Shown here: piece by piece, positions 8,901 through 16,786 of the stretch | Layout of the letters: each line of letters opens with the position of its first letter | How positions within the stretch are numbered: the stretch's first letter is position 1 | From: Clostridiales bacterium | Lineage (GTDB): Bacteria; Bacillota; Peptococcia; DRI-13; UBA5745 | Assembly (NCBI GenBank): GCA_038562165.1 | Contig: JBCFAO010000010.1 | Coordinates: 18,643-82,642, forward strand | Direction of reading: 5' to 3' | DNA: 64,000 nt | Notes under the pieces: generated by a model | Databases searched by the model: none | What the model saw: only the letters and a program-made list of their open reading frames with translations | What the model was told of the DNA's origin: nothing | Translations under genes and position numbers: made by a program

Positions 8901-11146
8901 TCGCTGGTGAATACGGTGACATAGCTGTCTCTGTAGATTTCTCCTATCTCCGGCAGCCGGGCCATGGCCGAAACGTAATCATTGCCCAACAAGCCGTAAA
9001 TATTGCCGCCGTCAGCTTTCGTCGTAAATTGAATGCGTCCGTTAAAATCTGAAGTGATGGTCCGGCCCGACTCAATAGCCGTACCGGAAAAGGAGATAGC
9101 TTGCTCCGCCAAAGGCGTACCGTCAAAAAAGCTGGTGGTGGCCGTCCACTGCACCGTATCGCCCTTCATCACCGCTTTCTTGTCGGCGGCAAGGGTCAAC
9201 TGATAGGCCGGCTTTTCGTAAATAGCCACCTGGAAAGTACTGCCGCAAATATAGGCATCCTCCAGATACATGCTGAGGCTATAATACCCCGGCGGCAATA
9301 TAGGCAAAGAGAAGCTGCCTTGCAAAATGTCGCCGTTGACACTGCAGGTCTGCTTGATGGTTTTATCCGCCAGATAAGTTTCCAGCCGCAGCGTTACTTC
9401 TTTTACCTCGTTAGCCTTCTCATCCCGGGGAGCGATAAGGCCGAAGAAATACAGGGTATCCCCCGGCCGGTAAAGGGGCCGGTCTACATAAAGATAATTC
9501 CAATAAGCTTTCTGGGTCTTCCTTTCCTCCTGCCATTTTTGGCGTTGCGGGTAACCGAAGCCCCAATCTTTATCCGCCAGCAGAACCTGTTTTTCCTGGC
9601 TGCGGATATCATAAATCCGGACTCCGTCTCCAGGAGGCAGGCTTTCTATATAAGCCAGTCCCTGGCCGTCGGCAGTGATTTTTTTTGTGTTATTGCCGGT
9701 CCATACCTGGGCGCCGGCGGCTGCCTGCCCCGTAGCCAAATCGTTGATCCAAAGCAGAGCCTCCTCCTCATTGGCAGACAAATAAGCACTGAGATCCGTT
9801 ACCTGAAACAGTAGCTGGCAGGTCTGTCCCTCCAGGGAAAACTCCGCCAAATAAAAACCGGCTGGCAGACTTTCCGGAAAATACAGATACCAGGAATAAT
9901 CAATCTGCTGTCCCGTCAGATTGAAGCTGGAAAGAAGATTTAAGCCCTCGGTGGCAACCATGTTTTCCCGGTCAAAAGACAGCCAGTCCCGGGTTTGCAT
10001 TTTTTCGATAAGAGCGGCCTGGTATTGGTCGCTGCCGCCATAAGCATAGACGTCTACCTTAACCTGGGGAGCCGGGTCCTTTTCGGCGGCAGCCCAGTCG
10101 TTGTAATAAAATTGGACGTAAGGCCCCTCCCCTGTACGGAAGGAGAGGTTTTGCCCCTGGAGGCCAAAATAGGAATTTTCCTCAGGATGATTTTCCGGCC
10201 CCTCCGTCTGAAAAACCACCTTCAGGCCTTCCGGAGTTTTGCCGCCGCCCCCTGCCGGCTGCAGTCCCTGGGGAATGTTCACCTCATAAACGGTCTTATA
10301 AGCTAAAGGAGCCGAGGGCAAGTAAAGGGCCTTATTTTGCTCAACTTGCCAGGTTCCCGGTATTTCCGGCGTAAAGGTCACTTCTTTTTCTATTGCAGCT
10401 TTATCCGGCGGCGCCGTAAAATATAGCTCCAGAGTGGTGCTGACCGGCACCATCGATGTATTGGAGCGGGGCAGAGTCCCTGTCAACCGGAAGGAGGCCT
10501 GGGTCTGAAAAGCCCAGGTATAAGAACCTCTGGCCCCCAGGTCCGCCAGGCTGTTTTCCGGGTCAAAAGCAATCCGGTAAACGCTGTTTTCTTCCAAAGG
10601 CTCCACAGGGATTAATTCGTACTCTTTGCCGCCTTTTTTGCCCGCCAGCTCATAATCGAAAGCAGGCTCCACAATAAGAGCTTTTTCTACCAGTTCCTTA
10701 GGCAGGGCCTCCGTGGATGTGATGAGAAAGCTGCCTGCGGGATTGACCAGGCTGCCGTCTGCCAGCGTAGGCGTAATCGAAATCACGCCTTTGAAGCTTT
10801 GGGGCAGCTCTTTGGGCAGAGAAACCTCCCGGGCCAGAGGTAAAAAAGAACTCATCCCCAACAATAAGACAGCGCAAGCCGCCACAGCCCCCAGCCAAAG
10901 CCGCTGTTTTTTCTTTACGGCAGGCAGCTTAAACTCCGGCCTCTGTTCCTTAGCTTCCTTTCCGCCTCTAAACAGGGGCTGGGCGGCAGGCTCCTCTTCT
11001 TTGACAGCCAGGGCCTTCTTGATCTCTTCTGCAGAGAGCCCCGCCGCCAGCAGAGCTTCTTCCACTACCTGATCGTAAAGGGCGGGAGCTGCGATTTTTT
11101 CCAGCCGTTCTTTTTCGGCTGCCATGAAATTATCGATTCTATTCAT
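5975..11146 (-). CDS. Membrane-anchored alpha-2-macroglobulin-family protein; putative anti-sigma factor by position
   Basis: 1723 aa. The ATG at 11144-11146 lies inside the last codons of the sigma gene (8-nt overlap), with GGGAGG 8 nt upstream. About 85 aa are cytoplasmic, followed by TM LWLGAVAACAVLLLGMSSFL, then Ig-like and macroglobulin repeats. A2M signatures: YRPGETVVMDLKL, LIDEALLSV, FRDTVIFRTLYTD, PDNITTWRVVWQAY. No CxEQ motif. Confidence 0.75.
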   Translation of the reverse strand: MNRIDNFMAAEKERLEKIAAPALYDQVVEEALLAAGLSAEEIKKALAVKEEEPAAQPLFRGGKEAKEQRPEFKLPAVKKKQRLWLGAVAACAVLLLGMSSFLPLAREVSLPKELPQSFKGVISITPTLADGSLVNPAGSFLITSTEALPKELVEKALIVEPAFDYELAGKKGGKEYELIPVEPLEENSVYRIAFDPENSLADLGARGSYTWAFQTQASFRLTGTLPRSNTSMVPVSTTLELYFTAPPDKAAIEKEVTFTPEIPGTWQVEQNKALYLPSAPLAYKTVYEVNIPQGLQPAGGGGKTPEGLKVVFQTEGPENHPEENSYFGLQGQNLSFRTGEGPYVQFYYNDWAAAEKDPAPQVKVDVYAYGGSDQYQAALIEKMQTRDWLSFDRENMVATEGLNLLSSFNLTGQQIDYSWYLYFPESLPAGFYLAEFSLEGQTCQLLFQVTDLSAYLSANEEEALLWINDLATGQAAAGAQVWTGNNTKKITADGQGLAYIESLPPGDGVRIYDIRSQEKQVLLADKDWGFGYPQRQKWQEERKTQKAYWNYLYVDRPLYRPGDTLYFFGLIAPRDEKANEVKEVTLRLETYLADKTIKQTCSVNGDILQGSFSLPILPPGYYSLSMYLEDAYICGSTFQVAIYEKPAYQLTLAADKKAVMKGDTVQWTATTSFFDGTPLAEQAISFSGTAIESGRTITSDFNGRIQFTTKADGGNIYGLLGNDYVSAMARLPEIGEIYRDSYVTVFTSDLEIAGRVQRTASETGEFTIDLKAFDVDLSRITDWEGDLQDQALAPYGGNLVMEAALIRQYWHKIETGQKYNPYSKQMEPVYDYRLEEIPEDTLHWTYDGSGEQTFRGQLAYGDGYQLAISFKDRSGREVKRLFYLPPAQMLSQEINPYIYHWLWIQKDDGKAHCLLGEEATFKLYEDQAPLQGEGRYLFFKAREKIKHYQVSAENAYSFRFSAEDIPGANIMAVYFDGRKYLPAAYAAQATMDPAERELNVEIKTDKAQYRPGETVVMDLKLTDAANRPVEGVISLNLIDEALLSVQEQWVNMGWQVFLGNLYDFNYKTTLSHPDGGGGNMAEGGEGDGYREEFRDTVIFRTLYTDKNGLIRTEFTLPDNITTWRVVWQAYKPDIWAGSGSAAISVSLPFFTDIRFNGPILDQDEPILGLRSAGTLISQESSLPVEWTVNIPETGFSRTLSGPAFSWQELSLPAMAAGDYTLQVHSKYDNHSDSVTQLFHVVKSRQSYTAREEIALENNYLPLGDDEGMTTVVFSDQARNQALQGLHLLAGQASVRVEQRLAALEARTLLKKHFQIDWWNTMPAAVKEEQEQILRYQNPDGGIAFLPYGQSDIYTSLWAAAAGGRYFSRDALAMYFMDLLENGADKGIDPTMALWGAAASGQPVLSQIRQALQENRYQGQELTGKQQLNLVCALIFAGSGNEALTYAQNLVAVWAEDLGGGLYRAAVSDDRTAILEATAQMAVVAAVLDLPESAGLYRYLLENPSEKEYFLLEQLVYLRAACEKIGDTASFTYTLDGEETMVDLTKTPSYTLLLTPEQRQSISISQVSGSIIAESQYQKPGYPEPAPNAAEYLQISRSYRVSNQEKWSLPMNGKIQVVIDYRIDASAPDGSYNIVDYLPTGLRYVTLDLQQKAEGSYPDVWFLKEEGNRLTFGLYKGQEALEGRLQYSVRVAMPGSYLAEPAMLVHSRLSNQMAVTAAGRVYIH

Positions 11147-11633
11147 GCAAAGCGCCTCCCATTTGTTGCTTTAAAGTCTCCAAAGCCCGGCTCAACCGGG
11201 ACTTTACCGTCCCTTCCGGAATCTCCAGTATTCTGGCAATCTCCTTATATTCATAATCGAGATAAAAACGCAGGTGAATGACTTCCCGGTGGATCTCCGG
11301 TAATTGGCAGATATATTGGCGCAACATTAATTCTTCTTCGATGGCCAGCCCGCAGCCGCCTTCTGCCGCTAAGGCTTCCTCAATGGGCAGCGTCTTCGGG
11401 TTTTTTCGCCAAAACTCCCGGCAGACATTAACCAATATCCGCTTGCTCCAGGACAAAAACGCTTCCTTTGAGCGTAAAGTATGAATTTTTTCAACTACCT
11501 GCAGCGTTGTTTGGGCAATTGCATCCAAAGCGTCGGCTTCATTTCCTATAAGGGAATAGGCCAGGCGATAATACATCTGCTTTTTTTCCAGCAATTGACC
11601 AACCAAGGCTAATTCCTCATCATTTAAAGCCAT
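11139..11633 (-). CDS. ECF-type RNA polymerase sigma-70 family factor
   Basis: 164 aa. Region 2 (..ADALDAIAQTTLQV..) and region 4 HTH (YKEIARILEIPEGTVKSRLSRA). AGGAGGG lies 5 nt upstream of the ATG. Confidence 0.85.
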   Translation of the reverse strand: MALNDEELALVGQLLEKKQMYYRLAYSLIGNEADALDAIAQTTLQVVEKIHTLRSKEAFLSWSKRILVNVCREFWRKNPKTLPIEEALAAEGGCGLAIEEELMLRQYICQLPEIHREVIHLRFYLDYEYKEIARILEIPEGTVKSRLSRALETLKQQMGGALHE

Positions 11634-11724
11634 ATCTGCCCTCCTGCTATTCTATATTCAAGATGATCATCTTCTGCTTTTTGTTCCATGCTCTTCAATA
11701 CAGAATATCATATCTCCTGTTCTT

Positions 11725-11773
11725 TTTCTAACGCCTCGGTAGAAAATTTTTCGATTGCAGGAAAATTTTCTTG
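11725..11773 (-). promoter_or_regulatory. Conserved promoter-like module with two GAAAATTTTC-type palindromes (copy A), upstream of the ECF sigma operon
   Basis: Minus strand: AAGAAAATTTTCCTGCAATCGAAAAATTTTCTACCGAGGCGTTAGAAA. It aligns over ~50 nt with 35555-35601. Confidence 0.5.
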
Positions 11774-11795
11774 CTTTTTAGCGTTTCAACGAATG

Positions 11796-13349
11796 TCAAC
11801 AAGAAAAACCTTCGGGTCCCCGGCGGTATTCCAAAGCCTCGGCCAAAAAAGCGGCATTTATTCCTTCTTCCCCCGCCAAATCGGCAATAGTCCTGGCTAA
11901 CAGCAGCAGACGGTAATAGCCCCGGGCCGTAAGCTGATAATCTTCATAAGCCCCCAGAGCCCATACCCTCCCTGCTTTCGTTAGCTGCTGCTGCAGTTTT
12001 TCCAAGCTGTATTCCCCCCGGTCCACCCCTGTTTGACGCTTTTGCCGCGCTGCAGCTACTCTGGCCGCCACTGCAGCAGAAGGCTCCTGAAACCGGCTGC
12101 CGCTATGGAGACTTGCCGCTTCAAGCCTGGGCACATTGACGATAATATCCATCCGGTCCAGTAACGGTCCGGAAAAACGGTTCTGATAGCGCCTTATCTC
12201 ATCATCCCGGCAGCGGCATTTTTTCTGCCGGTCCCCAAAATAGCCGCAAGGACAAAGGTTGGCGCTGGCTACCAATTGAATTTTGGCCGGCAGGGTAATA
12301 CTGCCCCAGCTACGGCTGATGGTCAGCGTTCCCTCTTCCAAGGGCTGTCTGAGGCTTTCCAGGCAGCCCCTGTTCATTTCCGGCAGCTCGTCGATAAACA
12401 AGACACCCTGGTGAGCCAGACTGGTTTCCCCGGGGCGAAAAGGGTTTCCCCCTCCCAAAAGACCGGCTCTGGTAACGGAGGCATGGGGATTGCGAAAAGG
12501 GCGGCGGCTTATCCATGGCATATCCGGGGTTAAAAGGCCCGCGGCACTGTAGATACGGTTAACCTCCAGCATTTCTTCACCCCCCAAGGGCGGCAGAATG
12601 CCTTGCAAACATTTGGCCAAAAGACTCTTACCGCTGCCCGGCGGCCCCAAAAGCAGCAAATTGTGACTGCCGGCCGCCGCCAGCTCCAAACTGCGTCTGG
12701 CTTTATTTTGACCTATGACCATAGAGAGATCCCATTGCGAAATCGGCTCAATACTTAACGGCGGCGGCAAACCGGCGGTGGCAGGACCAGCCATGGTTTT
12801 TGGAGATTGAAAAGGCCTTTGGTCAACTTCTTGCAGCCTGCGCCGCCATCCGGCGGAATTTCTCAACTCGCTTAATGAGGATAAAGCTAAGGTGCGGTTG
12901 CTGCCCTGTCCGGCCTCCTCCTGGTTGACTGCCGGGACAACCAGTATTTTTTCCGGCCATAGCTCCATGGACAAAGCAGCCGGCAAAATGCCCCTGCTGC
13001 CCCGCAACGTACCGTCCAAAGATAATTCCCCGGCAAAAACCAGCTTACCCGTATCAAGGCCCGGCAACTGGCCGGAAGCCTTCAGCAGACTAACGGCCAC
13101 CGCTAAATCAAGGCCGCTGCCTTCTTTGCGCAAATGGGCCGGCGCCAGATTTACCAGCATCCGGCGGCTGGGCCATTGGTAGCCTGAGCTTACAATAGCT
13201 GAACGCACCCGCTCCCGGCTTTCCCTCAGCACCGTATCCGGCAGCCCCACTACCGTCAGATCCGGCAAGCCGTTGTAAACACCGGCTTCCACTTCTACTG
13301 GCAAAGCTTCTAAACCCAACAGCGTAAAAGCGTAAATCTTTGCAATCAT
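11796..13349 (-). CDS. comM: YifB/ComM family Mg-chelatase-like AAA ATPase
   Basis: 517 aa. N-terminus MIAKIYAFTLLGLEALPVEVE, Walker A GPPGSGKS, and a C-terminal Mg-chelatase-like region. Confidence 0.85.
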   Translation of the reverse strand: MIAKIYAFTLLGLEALPVEVEAGVYNGLPDLTVVGLPDTVLRESRERVRSAIVSSGYQWPSRRMLVNLAPAHLRKEGSGLDLAVAVSLLKASGQLPGLDTGKLVFAGELSLDGTLRGSRGILPAALSMELWPEKILVVPAVNQEEAGQGSNRTLALSSLSELRNSAGWRRRLQEVDQRPFQSPKTMAGPATAGLPPPLSIEPISQWDLSMVIGQNKARRSLELAAAGSHNLLLLGPPGSGKSLLAKCLQGILPPLGGEEMLEVNRIYSAAGLLTPDMPWISRRPFRNPHASVTRAGLLGGGNPFRPGETSLAHQGVLFIDELPEMNRGCLESLRQPLEEGTLTISRSWGSITLPAKIQLVASANLCPCGYFGDRQKKCRCRDDEIRRYQNRFSGPLLDRMDIIVNVPRLEAASLHSGSRFQEPSAAVAARVAAARQKRQTGVDRGEYSLEKLQQQLTKAGRVWALGAYEDYQLTARGYYRLLLLARTIADLAGEEGINAAFLAEALEYRRGPEGFSC

Positions 13350-13522
13350 CTGCCCCTCCCGCTAATTTATGACATATATACTTTCCTCCTTATAATATTT
13401 TACATATATTTCCATATACCTGCTTGATCAATAAAAAAGAATGTATACTAAATCAACGGTTTACCTTTTTCTTCTTTTCGATTAAAATAAGTGCGGGAGA
13501 CTTTCAATGATGAGGTGAGGTT

Positions 13523-14707
13523 ATGAGAACTACCGGAGTTATAGCCCGTGGCATCCGTACCCCTATTATTAAGCCGGGGGACGATTTAGTCACAATTGTT
13601 GTAGATTCATTACAAGCAGCCTGGGAATCGGAAGGCTTTATGCTGCGGGATCGGGATGTGGTGGGAATTACCGAGTCCATTGTCGCCCGTTCCCAAAATA
13701 ATTACGCTACTACAGATCAGATTGCAGCTCATATCAAGGCCTTGACCGGCGGCGGCCATGTGGGACTTTTGTTCCCCATCCTCAGCCGCAACCGTTTTTC
13801 TTTGCTGCTGAAGGGTATTGCTAAAGGCGTGGAAAAATTGACCTTGCAGCTCAGCTATCCCGCCGACGAGGTGGGCAACCATTTAGTCAGCATGGAAGAT
13901 CTGGACGAGAAGGGTATCAATCCTTATACGGATACCCTTACGGAAGAGGATTTCCGCCGTATCTTCGGCGAAAAATGCATTCATCCTTTTACCGGCATTG
14001 ATTACGTCAGCTTTTATAAAGAGCAGGCGGAAGAAGGCAAAATCTCCTTTATCTTCTCCAATGACCCCTGCAAGATTTTGGAGCATACGGATGTGGTTAT
14101 TGCCGCCGATATTCATACACGGAGCCGTTCCAAACGCCTGCTGCAGGCAGCCGGCGCCAAGACCGTCATCACCCTGGACCAGATTCTCAATCGGCCCGTT
14201 GACGGCAGCGGCTTCAATTCCCGCTACGGTCTTTTAGGTTCAAATAAGGCTACCGAGGAGACGGTCAAGCTGTTTCCGGAAAGGGGCCAGGAAGTAGTTG
14301 ACGCTGTTCAGCAAAGGCTGAAAGCCCTTACGGGCAAAGATGTAGAGGTCATGGTATACGGCGACGGCGCTTTCAAAGACCCTGTGGGCAAAATCTGGGA
14401 GTTGGCAGACCCGGTGGTTTCTCCGGCCTATACTCCCGGCCTGTGCGGCACCCCCAATGAAATCAAAATGAAATACCTGGCCGATACAGAATTTAAAGAC
14501 CTGGCCGGCGACGCCGCCAAAGAGGCCATGATTCATGCTATTAAATCCAAAGAAAATAATCTTGTCGGCAATATGGTAAGCGAAGGCACCACCCCCCGGC
14601 AGCTAACGGATCTTTTGGGCAGCCTCTGCGACCTGACCAGCGGCAGCGGCGACAAGGGTACGCCGGTTATTCTGATCCAGGGCTACTTCGACAATTACGC
14701 ATCATAA
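13523..14707 (+). CDS. CofE/FbiB-family gamma-glutamyl ligase-like protein
   Basis: 394 aa. N-terminus IKPGDDLVTIVVDSL..VVGITESIVARSQ is typical of the F420-0:gamma-glutamyl ligase fold. GAGGTGAGG precedes the ATG. Confidence 0.55.
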   Translation: MRTTGVIARGIRTPIIKPGDDLVTIVVDSLQAAWESEGFMLRDRDVVGITESIVARSQNNYATTDQIAAHIKALTGGGHVGLLFPILSRNRFSLLLKGIAKGVEKLTLQLSYPADEVGNHLVSMEDLDEKGINPYTDTLTEEDFRRIFGEKCIHPFTGIDYVSFYKEQAEEGKISFIFSNDPCKILEHTDVVIAADIHTRSRSKRLLQAAGAKTVITLDQILNRPVDGSGFNSRYGLLGSNKATEETVKLFPERGQEVVDAVQQRLKALTGKDVEVMVYGDGAFKDPVGKIWELADPVVSPAYTPGLCGTPNEIKMKYLADTEFKDLAGDAAKEAMIHAIKSKENNLVGNMVSEGTTPRQLTDLLGSLCDLTSGSGDKGTPVILIQGYFDNYAS

Positions 14708-14803
14708 TGGCGAAGCACGGCGGCGGCATGATGCCTGCCTGACCGGGGAGCATAGGCGTCCCTGCCATAACGGCTCTCATTAATAAATTAATAAAAACGA
14801 AAA

Positions 14804-14866
14804 AACCGTTTCATCGGCTGCTTGATAGCATATCAGCTCTCCGGTGAAGCGGTTTTTGGTTTTCGT
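14804..14866 (+). terminator. Intrinsic terminator after the CofE-like gene
   Basis: AACCGTTTCATCGG / CCGGTGAAGCGGTT form a 14-bp stem with 2 G-U pairs, followed by TTTTTGGTTTTCGTTT. Confidence 0.6.
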
Positions 14867-14941
14867 TTAATTCACAGCTCTATCCTGATCTGCCGTAGTA
14901 CGCCTTGGCTAATCCGGGTTCGGCGGCCATTCCTTGGAAAA

Positions 14942-15183
14942 TGTGCAAAATTGCAGGTTTGTCGCCATTGGCTGGGGCTAACTGTGCAAAATTGCAGGTT
15001 TGTCCGGTCAGTTCACTGCTTTTTGGCCATTTTTAGCCCAAAAACCGGCTGAAAATTGGATTATTACAGCTAAAGGCCTTTACAAACTTGCAATTTTGCA
15101 CAGAATCGTTTCCGACAGAGTATAAACCTGCAATTTTGCACAAAAATCGCTTCCGACAGAGTACAAACCTGCAATTTTGAGCA
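14942..15183. repeat. Composite repeat: 2 forward + 3 reverse copies of the 22-bp motif TGTGCAAAATTGCAGGTTTGTC around a unique core
   Basis: Forward copies at 14942-14963 and 14983-15004. Reverse copies at 15081-15102, 15121-15142 and 15161-15183. The period is 40-41 bp. Confidence 0.9.
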
Positions 15184-15331
15184 AAATGCCGCACCCCCCA
15201 CCCATAAGCAAACTGGTCATGTCTGCGCAAAATCGCCATAGAATCAGTAGCGTCGTGTGTCATGGGGCTGTACCTGGCAATACTGCCGCGTATGATGGTG
15301 CTGTTAAATTCATGCTCAATTTATGCTCAAT

Positions 15332-16567
15332 TTATGCCAAACAGCGGACAAGCTGATCCAATAACCCCTGCTGGTAAACGGCCTCCGCCTCTTGCAGGCC
15401 GATAGACTGGCCTTGCTTGATCAGCAGCTCCCCTTGATTGCCGGCCAAATCACTGCCGGCCACCTTGCCAAGTAGATAGCGGAACTTGAGGCTCTGCCGG
15501 GAATCGGCTATATCGGCCATATTGCCCATTCCGGCGGTTCCGGTGGTTCCAGTAGTTGTGGTGGTTCCAGCAGTTCCGGAGTTCCGGGCCTCTTCGGCAC
15601 TGCTTCCGGTTCTGGCCGCTCCAGTCTCGAGGGCTGCCTCCCCCTTCCCCTCGGCGCCCACTGACTCCTCAACTTCTTCAAGAACCTCTTGAACTTCTCC
15701 AAAAGAAAAAGAATCGGCTGAGGGCGGCAAAGACTGCTGCTCTTTTTGAGGCTGATTCAAGTTGCGCAAAAGCGTATTAACCTTCCTGCGGCAGCGGGCA
15801 ATCTGCAGGCGCAGCTCCTTTTCCCGCCTCTCGCATTCCCGTTCTCTTTCCGTCAGAGCAGCTCTGCTGTTTTGGTTCATGGTTTCCCGGGCTACATTCT
15901 CCAGAGATTGCTCAAAACGCTGTAAAAAACGCTCGGCCAAATCAATAAAAGGCTTCTGCATTTCCGGCCGCTCAAGGAAGCCCCCCAAAGCCTTGATCTC
16001 TTCCCCTTGAAGAGCGATGGCTTTTTCCAGTTGATTTAACTTTTCCGAAAGATCAGCAATAGCTTCCTGATGGCTTCTTTCCCGAAGCAGCAAATATTCT
16101 TCCAAATCCTTTGGAGCCACGCCCAATAAGCTGGTGTTAAAATTCTTCGGTTTTTCCATTTCTTTCTCCCATCGGCCAATCTGCTTAAACAAAGCATTTA
16201 ATCTCTTGCCTGCTTCCGCCGCAATTTGTTCCCTTTTTTCCAACTGCCGCAAATATTTCTCAGAGGGCCCCATCTCCGATTCTAAAAAAGCAGTACCATC
16301 CCGGACCGCCTCTGAGCTTTGGTTCAGCAGCATTCTGTAATAAATAAGAATCAGCCGGGATTCTACAGCCTTTAAGCGGTTCTTTCGCTCTGCCGCTTCC
16401 CGGCGCAAATCGGCTAATGTAATATCCTGGCGAATGTTGGTCTCCATGGCCAAGCGGACCTTCTCTCTAAGCGAGGCCACTTCCGCACCCCGGGCTTGAG
16501 AAAGAGTCTGCAAGTATTCGTTTACTTCGCTCTCCTGATAACCAAAGAGGGACAATTTCCAGGCCAT
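15332..16567 (-). CDS. Coiled-coil protein with a DivIVA-like N-terminal motif (hypothetical)
   Basis: I prefer the ATG at 16565-16567 (AGGAGG 5 nt upstream; MAWKLSLFGYQESEVNEYL) over the track start at 16693. The protein has long E/K/R/L/Q-rich heptads and a T/G-rich tract. Confidence 0.5.
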   Translation of the reverse strand: MAWKLSLFGYQESEVNEYLQTLSQARGAEVASLREKVRLAMETNIRQDITLADLRREAAERKNRLKAVESRLILIYYRMLLNQSSEAVRDGTAFLESEMGPSEKYLRQLEKREQIAAEAGKRLNALFKQIGRWEKEMEKPKNFNTSLLGVAPKDLEEYLLLRERSHQEAIADLSEKLNQLEKAIALQGEEIKALGGFLERPEMQKPFIDLAERFLQRFEQSLENVARETMNQNSRAALTERERECERREKELRLQIARCRRKVNTLLRNLNQPQKEQQSLPPSADSFSFGEVQEVLEEVEESVGAEGKGEAALETGAARTGSSAEEARNSGTAGTTTTTGTTGTAGMGNMADIADSRQSLKFRYLLGKVAGSDLAGNQGELLIKQGQSIGLQEAEAVYQQGLLDQLVRCLA

Positions 16568-16786
16568 GGCGCCTCCTGCAGGTTGCTTTTCATTATTGCT
16601 TACCTGCTTTTTCCTTTTTCGATTTTGCTCACCGCTTTTGCTTGCCGTTTTTGCTTTTTCTACTATTCTAACGATTCTGGCCCGGCTAGTCAACGAGAAG
16701 GCAAAGGCAGAATAAACCAGGCTTCGGTTGACTTATGCCGGACAAAGAAATAAGATGATAGTAAGATTTTCAAAGGATGGTTGATC

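Noticed and set aside
6399-11072. Many 60-290-aa ORFs on both strands inside the A2M-like gene (for example 7100..7975 +, 9101..9814 +, 8296..8658 -).
   Set aside because: They all lie within a long ORF that has clear family signatures. Their translations are low-complexity with no motifs, as expected for shadow frames.
11740-11772. Reading the GAAAATTTTC palindromes as canonical CodY boxes.
   Set aside because: The CodY consensus is AATTTTCWGAAAATT, with half-sites facing inward across 1 nt. Here the half-sites are fused in the opposite order, and AATTTTC..GAAAATT pairs are separated by 7-8 nt. CodY binding cannot be assumed.
14942-15183. The 40-41-bp periodic repeat array could be read as a small CRISPR array.
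   Set aside because: The inter-repeat segments are conserved between units and between loci, so they are not unique spacers. The repeats occur in both orientations around a core, and no cas genes are in the window.
16568-16693. N-terminal 42-aa extension of the coiled-coil protein (track start at 16693).
   Set aside because: The internal ATG at 16567 has a canonical AGGAGG at optimal spacing. The extension is K/R-rich with no SD, so the shorter form is preferred. This remains uncertain.
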